Source: Mycolicibacterium smegmatis (lineage in GTDB: Bacteria; Actinomycetota; Actinomycetes; Mycobacteriales; Mycobacteriaceae). From it: a stretch of DNA of 32,000 nt. Below are positions 9,526-19,463 of this stretch, piece by piece. Made by a program: the position numbers and the translations under genes. Under the pieces are notes generated by a model. That model saw only the letters and a program-made list of their open reading frames with translations, was not told where the DNA came from and did no database searches. Location of the stretch: the NCBI RefSeq assembly GCF_001457595.1, contig NZ_LN831039.1:3690001-3722000 (forward strand), in the 5' to 3' direction. Position 1 is the first letter of the stretch; every line of letters starts with the position of its first letter.

Positions 9526-10011
9526 TCAGACCCGGCCCAGCAGACCGAGGGTCGCGGGATCGGGCGTACCGCCGTAGAGCAGGTCGAGAACCGCGACGAA
9601 CTCGGCGTCGTCCTCACCGGCCAGGGAGGCGACCTCGGCGAACAGGGTCATCGACGAGCGGACCTTGAGGTTGTCGGGTCTGCCGAAGATCTCCTCGGCG
9701 GATCGGCCCTCGATCTGCGCCACCACCTTCGCGCACTCGCGTAACCGCGCGCCCAGCACCGGGTGTCGCAGATAGGCGAGCGCCTCATCGCGCGAGGAGA
9801 TGCCGTAATGGTGCGCCGTGGGGCTGCGGCCGAGACCGCGCAGCTGGGGAAATACGAACCAGATCCAATGTGTGCGTTTGCGGCCGGACCGCAATTCGTC
9901 GAGCGCCGTCGGATAAACGCCTTCCTGTGCATCGACGAAACGGCGCAGATCGAACGGATCGTCCTCGGCGGCCACATGGTCAAATATCCCACAAGCGCGG
10001 TGCCAGGCCAC
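9526..10011 (-). CDS. DUF1810 family protein
   Basis: DPFDLRRFVDAQE...HWIWFVFPQLRGLGRSPTAHHYGISSRDEALAYLRHPVLGARLRECA, typical of DUF1810. GTG start. Confidence 0.85.
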   Translation of the reverse strand: MAWHRACGIFDHVAAEDDPFDLRRFVDAQEGVYPTALDELRSGRKRTHWIWFVFPQLRGLGRSPTAHHYGISSRDEALAYLRHPVLGARLRECAKVVAQIEGRSAEEIFGRPDNLKVRSSMTLFAEVASLAGEDDAEFVAVLDLLYGGTPDPATLGLLGRV

Positions 10012-10066
10012 GATTTCGGCACAAAGAACGCTGTTGAGGTAAAGGGCCAGCTAATCTCTCTTTTCG

Positions 10067-12253
10067 ATGACAACAATCTCGGAGCCGACCATTTCGGGCG
10101 AATCGGCCACACAATCACGAATGCCGCGACGGCGCATGCTGTCCCGGATCAGCATCCAGTCCAAATTGCTGGCGATGTTGTTGGTCACCAGCGTGCTGTC
10201 CGCGGCTGTGGTCGGCTTCATCGGCTACCAGTCGGGCCGAAGCTCCCTGCGCGACTCCGTTTTCGACCGGCTCACCGAAATCCGTACGGCGCAGGCGCGG
10301 CAACTGGAAACGCAGTTCCGGAGTTTCCGCAATTCGCTGGTGATCTATACGCGGGGTACGACGGCGATCGAGGCCTCCCGGGCGTTCACCGCGGGTTTCG
10401 ACGAATTGGGCGACGCGACCATCAGCCCGGCCCAGCAGAAGGCGCTCACCGACTGGTACGAGAATCAGTTCTCGGCGACCACGGAGCATTCCGACACCGC
10501 CGACAAATTGGACGACAACGAGGTCGATGTCGAGGCGCTGCTGCCGTCGTCCAATTCGCAGAAATACCTGCAGGCGTTCTACACCGCGCCGTTCACCGAC
10601 TGGGACAGATCGATCGAGAACGACGACGCGGGAGACGGCAGCCGCTGGTCGGCGGCCAACGCGGTCTTCAACGGGTTCTTCCGCGAGATCGTGACACGCT
10701 CCGGCTTCGACGACGCGCTGCTGCTCGACACCAGGGGCAACGTCGTCTACACCGCGTACAAGGGCTCCGACCTGGGGACCAACATCTACACCGGCCCGTA
10801 CAAGGGCGGTGAACTGTCCGAGGCCTACCGGGAAGCCCTCAACTCGAACTCCGTGGACTATGTCGCCGTCACGGACTTCGGCATCTACCAACCGTCCGGT
10901 ACGCCGACCGCGTGGATGGTGTCGCCGATCGGCGGCGGCGGTCGTATCGAGGGCGTGCTGGCGCTGCAGTTCCCCATCAGCGTCGTCAACCAGTTGATGA
11001 CCATGGACGGCAAGTGGGAAGAGTCCGGGCTCGGCGAGACCGGTGAAACCTACCTCGTCGGACCCGACGGGCTCATGCGGTCGGATTCGCGGCTGTTCCT
11101 GGAGAACCCGGAGCAGTTCAAGGCCGACGTGGTCGAGGCCGGCACGCCTCCGGGTGTCGCCGAGCAGTCGATCCTGCACGGTGGTACCACTCTGGTGCAG
11201 CCGGTCAGCGACGAGGCGTCCAAGCTTGCCGGCCAGGGACAATCGGGCTCGATCATCGAACGCGACTATCTGGGGCAGGAGACCCTGCAGGCCTACGCCC
11301 CGCTGGACCTGACCGGACTGGACTGGTCGGTGGTGGCCAAGATCGACACCGCCGAAGCGTTCGCCCCGGTCACCAAGTTCACGCGCACCCTGGTGCTCTC
11401 GACCGTGGCGATGATCTTCGCGGTGTGCATCGCCGCGATCCTGCTGGCCCGCGTATTCGTCCGGCCCATCAGGCGTCTGGAGGCCGGCGCCCAGCAGATC
11501 AGCGCGGGCGACTACGGCGTCGCGCTGCCGGTGGTGTCCCGCGACGAATTCGGTGACCTGACAGTGGCGTTCAACGAGATGAGCCGCAACCTGCGCATCA
11601 AGGAGGACCTGCTCGACGAGCAACGCAAGGAGAACGACCGCCTGCTGCTGTCGTTGATGCCCGAGCCGGTGGTACAGCGGTACCGTGAGGGCGAGGAGAC
11701 CATCGCACAGGACCACCAGAACGTCACGGTGCTGTTCGCCGACCTCATGGGCCTCGACCGCCTGTCGGCGAGCATGAGTTCCGACGAGCACCTGGCGATC
11801 GTCAACAAGCTCGTGCGCCAGTTCGACGCGGCCGCCGAGAGCCTCGGTGTCGAACGGGTGCGGACACTGCACAACGGATACCTGGCCAGCTGCGGCCTGA
11901 CCGTTCCCCGGCTCGACAACGTGCGCCGCACAGTCGATTTCGCGTTCGAGATGCAGCGCATCGTCGACCGCTTCCGCGGCGAGACCGGGTACGACCTGCG
12001 GTTGCGGGCAGGCATCGACACCGGCACGGTCAGCAGCGGTCTGGTGGGCCGGTCGAGCCTGGCCTACGACATGTGGGGCGCCGCGGTCGACCTCGCCTAT
12101 CAGGTGCAGCGCGGTATGCCGCAGCCCGGCGTGTACGTCACCGATCAGGTGCACGACGCCATACGCGATATCCGCCAGTTCACCGCGGTCGGGTCGGTGA
12201 CCGTCGACGGCACCGAGCGACCGATCTGGCGGCTGTCGGAGCGCCAGTCATGA
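10067..12253 (+). CDS. receptor-type protein: TM, Cache-like extracellular sensor, TM, HAMP, class III nucleotide cyclase homology domain (catalytically divergent)
   Basis: N-terminal TM, about 350-aa extracytoplasmic domain, second TM, HAMP (RPIRRLEAGAQQISAGDY...SRDEFGDLTVAFNEMS), then cyclase fold NVTVLFADLMGLDRLS...RVRTLHNGYLASCG...YDMWGAAVDLAYQVQ. Confidence 0.88.
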   Translation: MTTISEPTISGESATQSRMPRRRMLSRISIQSKLLAMLLVTSVLSAAVVGFIGYQSGRSSLRDSVFDRLTEIRTAQARQLETQFRSFRNSLVIYTRGTTAIEASRAFTAGFDELGDATISPAQQKALTDWYENQFSATTEHSDTADKLDDNEVDVEALLPSSNSQKYLQAFYTAPFTDWDRSIENDDAGDGSRWSAANAVFNGFFREIVTRSGFDDALLLDTRGNVVYTAYKGSDLGTNIYTGPYKGGELSEAYREALNSNSVDYVAVTDFGIYQPSGTPTAWMVSPIGGGGRIEGVLALQFPISVVNQLMTMDGKWEESGLGETGETYLVGPDGLMRSDSRLFLENPEQFKADVVEAGTPPGVAEQSILHGGTTLVQPVSDEASKLAGQGQSGSIIERDYLGQETLQAYAPLDLTGLDWSVVAKIDTAEAFAPVTKFTRTLVLSTVAMIFAVCIAAILLARVFVRPIRRLEAGAQQISAGDYGVALPVVSRDEFGDLTVAFNEMSRNLRIKEDLLDEQRKENDRLLLSLMPEPVVQRYREGEETIAQDHQNVTVLFADLMGLDRLSASMSSDEHLAIVNKLVRQFDAAAESLGVERVRTLHNGYLASCGLTVPRLDNVRRTVDFAFEMQRIVDRFRGETGYDLRLRAGIDTGTVSSGLVGRSSLAYDMWGAAVDLAYQVQRGMPQPGVYVTDQVHDAIRDIRQFTAVGSVTVDGTERPIWRLSERQS

Positions 12254-13644
12254 GAAGCGTCCTCGAGGCCAACTGGTTCTACTGGGCGCTGAGCGTGGCC
12301 GTCGGGCTGCCGATCGGCCTGGTGCTGCTCACCGAACTGCACAACACCCTGGCCCGCCACGGCAGCTATCTGGCGCGGCCGGTCAGCCTGCTGCGCAACT
12401 ACATCCTGCCGCTCGCAGCGCTGCTGATCCTGCTCGTCAAGGGCAGTGAGATCTCCGCAGAGGCCACGCCGGTGCGGATCGTGGCGACCGGGTTCGGTTT
12501 CGTCGTCATCATCCTGCTGCTGTCGGGGCTCAACGCCACGCTGTTCCAGGGCGCCCCGGAAGGCAGCTGGCGCAAGCGGATCCCGTCGATCTTCCTCGAC
12601 GTGGCGCGCTTCGCGCTGATCGCCGTCGGCGTCGGCATGATCATGGCGTACGTGTGGGGCGCCAACGTGGGCGGCCTGTTCACCGCGCTGGGCGTCACGT
12701 CCATCGTGTTGGGCCTTGCGCTGCAGAACGCCGTCGGCCAGATCATCTCGGGCCTGCTGTTGTTGTTCGAGCAGCCCTTCCAGCTCGGCGACTGGCTCGA
12801 CACGCCGTCGGCACGCGGCCGCGTGGTCGAGGTCAACTGGCGCGCAACGCACATCGACACCGGCGGCGGGCTTCAGATCATGCCCAACTCGGTGCTCGCG
12901 GGCGCATCGTTCACCAACCTGAGCCGCCCGGAAGCCGCGCACTCCCTCTCGGTCACCACCACATTCGGGGCGTCGGATTCACCGGATACGGTGTGCGCGT
13001 TGCTCACCCGTGTCGCCACGCAGCTGCCGCAACGCCGCGCCGGTGCGGCACCCAAGGCGATTCCCCTTGGTGCCGGCGAGTACAAGACGTCGATCCCGCT
13101 GCGTACGCCCGCCGACGACTCGGCCGCACGTGCGGTGTTCGTGCGCTGGCTCTGGTATGCCGCTCGCCGCGCCGAACTGCACCTCGACGGGGAGACCGAC
13201 GATTTCAGCACGCCAGAACGGCTCACCAAGGCCGTCCGGCAGATGGCGCCCACGCTACGGCTGAGCCACACCGAACAGCAGGAGGTGCTCAACCATTCGG
13301 CACTGGTCCGGTTCGGTGCCGACGAGATCATCCAGGAGGCCGGCGAGATCCCGACTCGCATGAGCTTCATCGTCTCGGGCCGGGTCGGGGTGAGCGTGGC
13401 CGGCGACGGCGACGCCGTCATCCCGGTCCGCACGCTGACCGAGAACGACTTCCTGGGGCAGACCGCCTTGACCAGGGAGGGGGCCCTCGCCTCCGCGCAT
13501 GCACTGACCGAGACCACCGTGCTGCAGATCAGCCGGGAGTTCCTGGAGGAACTGGTGGCAGGCAATCCCCTGCTGCTGCTCGAGCTGAGCCGGATCATCG
13601 ACGACCGGCGCAGTGCGGCGCGCGAGGCGCTCACCGCGGACTGA
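12250..13644 (+). CDS. MscS-family mechanosensitive channel with C-terminal cyclic-nucleotide-binding-like domain
   Basis: MscS core GVTSIVLGLALQNAVGQIISGLLLLFEQPFQLGDWL...IMPNSVLAGASFTNLSRP. C-terminal CNB-like ALVRFGADEIIQEAGEIPTRMSFIVSGRVGVSV. ATG 12250 overlaps the upstream TGA (ATGA). Confidence 0.88.
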   Translation: MRSVLEANWFYWALSVAVGLPIGLVLLTELHNTLARHGSYLARPVSLLRNYILPLAALLILLVKGSEISAEATPVRIVATGFGFVVIILLLSGLNATLFQGAPEGSWRKRIPSIFLDVARFALIAVGVGMIMAYVWGANVGGLFTALGVTSIVLGLALQNAVGQIISGLLLLFEQPFQLGDWLDTPSARGRVVEVNWRATHIDTGGGLQIMPNSVLAGASFTNLSRPEAAHSLSVTTTFGASDSPDTVCALLTRVATQLPQRRAGAAPKAIPLGAGEYKTSIPLRTPADDSAARAVFVRWLWYAARRAELHLDGETDDFSTPERLTKAVRQMAPTLRLSHTEQQEVLNHSALVRFGADEIIQEAGEIPTRMSFIVSGRVGVSVAGDGDAVIPVRTLTENDFLGQTALTREGALASAHALTETTVLQISREFLEELVAGNPLLLLELSRIIDDRRSAAREALTAD

Positions 13645-13670
13645 CTTCTCGGAGTTCGTCTCCGGCGTCG

Positions 13671-13693
13671 CCTCCCGGTGTGTCACCGGGAGG
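13671..13693 (+). terminator. perfect hairpin CCTCCCGGTG-TGT-CACCGGGAGG downstream of the MscS gene
   Basis: 10-bp perfect arms with 3-nt loop, 27 bp after the stop codon. No U-tract, which is common for mycobacterial terminators. Confidence 0.6.
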
Positions 13694-13770
13694 TCTCGAC
13701 GTTGTCTCGACGCTGATTCGCAATCGTTGCCCAACCGCGATCCGCCCCACCGGCGTTGTTACGCGTGTGA

Positions 13771-14862
<1,092 letters not shown>

Positions 14863-14875
14863 CAAACCACCCACC

Positions 14876-14914
14876 CAGGGAGCCTGCCGTTACCCCCCGA
14901 CGGCAGGCTCCCTG
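14876..14914. terminator. bidirectional terminator-like hairpin between convergent genes
   Basis: CAGGGAGCCTGCCGT-TACCCCCCG-ACGGCAGGCTCCCTG: 15-bp perfect arms, 9-nt loop, between the Ag85 stop (14862) and the SDR stop (14925). Confidence 0.75.
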
Positions 14915-14924
14915 CCTGTCTGCC

Positions 14925-15686
14925 TCACCCCTGCACGGTGGGCCGGATGGTGAGATCGCCGATCTCGACGTCGTGCGGTTGCTCGATGGCGAACGCGATC
15001 GCACGGGCCACCGCGTCCGGGGACAGGCCGATGCGGTCCATCGTGGCGCGGGCCGCGTTTGCGTCGGGATCGCCGGGCGGGCCGCCGAGTTCGGTGCGCA
15101 CGTAGCCCGGTGAGATGGACGTGGTCCGGACGACGCCGTCGGTCGATTCCTGACGCAGCGCCTCCATGATCGTGCGCACCGCATTCTTGGTGCCCGCGTA
15201 CACCCCCATCTCCGGCACGATCTTGAGTCCGGCCGTCGAGACCACCGTGACGACATGACCGCGTCCCTGGCGCTCGAAGACCGGTGTGGCCGCGGCAATC
15301 CCGTGCAGTACCCCGCGCACGTTCACATCGATCACCGCCGACCACGTGTCGGTGTCGCCGTCGGCGAGGGGACCCAGCGTGGCAATGCCTGCATTGTTGA
15401 CCAGGACGTCGAGCCTGCCGAACTCGCGCACCGCGGTGGCGACGAGGTTGTCGACGTCGGCGCGCCGGGTGACGTCGACCGCGACCGCGACCGCGGCCCC
15501 GCCGGTTGAGCGGATCTCCTCGACGATGCGGTCCAGCCGGTCGGTGCGCCGCGCACCCAGCACCACCGACGCTCCGCGCGCCGCCAGCAGGCGCGCGGTC
15601 GCCTCACCGATTCCACTGCTCGCGCCGGTGATCGTGACGACCTGCCCGGCGACGCTGTCTTCGTGTGCGTGTTCGTGTGCGCTCAT
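14925..15686 (-). CDS. SDR family oxidoreductase
   Basis: TITGASSGIGEATARLLAARGA (Rossmann), NNAGIATLG, YAGTKNAVRT (YxxxK). ATG at 15686 (MSAHEHAHEDSVAGQ). Confidence 0.9.
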   Translation of the reverse strand: MSAHEHAHEDSVAGQVVTITGASSGIGEATARLLAARGASVVLGARRTDRLDRIVEEIRSTGGAAVAVAVDVTRRADVDNLVATAVREFGRLDVLVNNAGIATLGPLADGDTDTWSAVIDVNVRGVLHGIAAATPVFERQGRGHVVTVVSTAGLKIVPEMGVYAGTKNAVRTIMEALRQESTDGVVRTTSISPGYVRTELGGPPGDPDANAARATMDRIGLSPDAVARAIAFAIEQPHDVEIGDLTIRPTVQG

Positions 15687-15792
15687 GGCAGCTACGAGCC
15701 TCCAGCAGCATGCGTCTATTCCCCGGACTGTCGCTCTCAGCGAAATCGCCGAGCGGCCCATGCCGGTGGGGAACAAACCACCGGCCCCCAGA

Positions 15793-15813
15793 GTTGAGTG
15801 CATCAGACTGAAG
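15793..15813. promoter_or_regulatory. putative HAIR (HspR) operator GTTGAGT-GCATCAG-ACTGAAG upstream of lon
   Basis: 12 of 14 specified positions match CTTGAGT-N7-ACTCAAG, with the exact 7-nt spacer. Ends 12 bp before the lon ATG. Confidence 0.6.
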
Positions 15814-15825
15814 TTTGGAGGACTG

Positions 15826-18165
<2,340 letters not shown>

Positions 18166-18209
18166 CGGTTCCGAGCGGTTTGGGGCGTCGTTGGGCTGCT
18201 GTGGGAAGT

Positions 18210-18277
18210 TCTGCGCGAGCGTGCGTGTTTGTAGGTTCTGACACGGTGTGTCGCCCGACGGGCGCGCACGCTCGGCG
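18210..18277 (+). repeat. 68-bp element with inverted ends, copy A
   Basis: TCTGCGCGAGCGTGCGT...CGCGCACGCTCGGCG. Terminal CGAGCGTGCG/CGCACGCTCG form a 10-bp inverted pair. About 74% identical (hand count 50/68) to the 25934-26001 copy. Confidence 0.65.
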
Positions 18278-18295
18278 GAAGGACGGACCGCACCC

Positions 18296-19321
18296 ATGCC
18301 TAGACGTGGTGAGCCATTGCGCAAGATGGGTTTCCTGACGATCGGCCGCTTCGACACGGCCGATCCCGGGCCCGGTCACGAGGAAACCCTGCGGATGATC
18401 GAACGGGCCGAGTCCCTGGGCTTCGACACGGTGTGGGTGCGCCAGCGCCACCTGCAGCCGGGGATCTCCTCACCGGTGGCCATCCTGGCCGCCGCGTCAC
18501 AGCGCACGAGCCGTATCGAACTGGGCACCGCGGTGATCCCGCTGGGACTGGAGAACCCGCTGCGGCTGGCCGAGGATCTGGCAACGGTCGACATCCTCTC
18601 CGGCGGCCGGCTCAACCCCGGCGTCTCGGTCGGCACGCCGATGCACTACGACAACTACCGCACCGCGCTCTACCCCGAGACGCACGCCGTGGAGAACTTC
18701 ACCAAGGACCGGGTGACGCGGCTTCTGGCAGGTCTGCGCGGCGACCCCGTCAGCAGCTTCGAGGGCACGATCGGCATCGAACGGTTCTCGCGTAGCGTGC
18801 AGCCACATTCCCCCGGACTCGCCGAACGGGTGTGGTACGGCGGCGGACTCGCATCGGCGATCTGGGCCGGCACGCAGGGACTGAACTACCTCACCAGCAA
18901 CGTCGTCTCCACCGAGGGCACCACCTCACGCGACTTCGGCACCATCCAGGCCGAGCAGATCGACGCATTCCTCGCCCACCACCCGAATCCGGCGACCGCG
19001 CGCGTCTCCCAGGGCCTCGTGGTGATCCCGACCGATTCCGCGACGTCGGCCCAGGTGCACAAGTACCGCGCCTACGCCACGGCGCGGCTGGAACGCACCC
19101 GCACCACCCACGGCCCCCGCGGGATGATGTTCGCGCCCGACCTCGTCGGCACCACCGACGAACTGGCGGAGATGCTCTACGAACACCCCGGGTTCCAGCG
19201 CGCCCGCGAGGTGGCGTTCGCGTTGCCATTCACGTTCGACGAAGAGGACTACGTGCAGATCGTCACCGACATGGCCGAGAAGCTCGGCCCGAAACTGGGC
19301 TGGACCGCCGCGGAGGCCTGA
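18296..19321 (+). CDS. LLM class (luciferase-like) flavin-dependent oxidoreductase
   Basis: MIERAESLGFDTVWVRQRHLQPG...AAASQRTSRIELGTAVIPLGLENPLRLAEDLATVDILSGGRLNPGVSVG. ATG 18326 is an alternative start. Confidence 0.88.
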   Translation: MPRRGEPLRKMGFLTIGRFDTADPGPGHEETLRMIERAESLGFDTVWVRQRHLQPGISSPVAILAAASQRTSRIELGTAVIPLGLENPLRLAEDLATVDILSGGRLNPGVSVGTPMHYDNYRTALYPETHAVENFTKDRVTRLLAGLRGDPVSSFEGTIGIERFSRSVQPHSPGLAERVWYGGGLASAIWAGTQGLNYLTSNVVSTEGTTSRDFGTIQAEQIDAFLAHHPNPATARVSQGLVVIPTDSATSAQVHKYRAYATARLERTRTTHGPRGMMFAPDLVGTTDELAEMLYEHPGFQRAREVAFALPFTFDEEDYVQIVTDMAEKLGPKLGWTAAEA

Positions 19322-19463
19322 TCGACGGGCACAACCGGGAACACGTGTGCCGCCGGTGCCGGATGCCCGACAGCACCGGCCGGCGCTATGCGACGGAGAA
19401 TCCGCCCCCGACTCGCCCTGCTGTGACCATGGCGATCCCATCGCGTCGCCTCCCCCAGGTGCG

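Noticed and set aside
10115-12154. 679-aa minus-strand ORF antisense to the cyclase gene
   Set aside because: High-GC shadow ORF: low-complexity His/Arg/Gly/Val composition with no domain signature, while the + strand gene is convincing.
12073-12249. N-terminal extension of the MscS ORF
   Set aside because: Arg/Gly-rich out-of-frame translation of the cyclase 3' end; the ATG at 12250 in the ATGA overlap begins the real hydrophobic N terminus.
15286-15825. N-terminal extension of the lon reading frame
   Set aside because: The extension overlaps the antisense SDR gene; ATG 15826 has a good RBS and gives the expected Lon N terminus MAEAKTVPVLFLTDSIVLPG.
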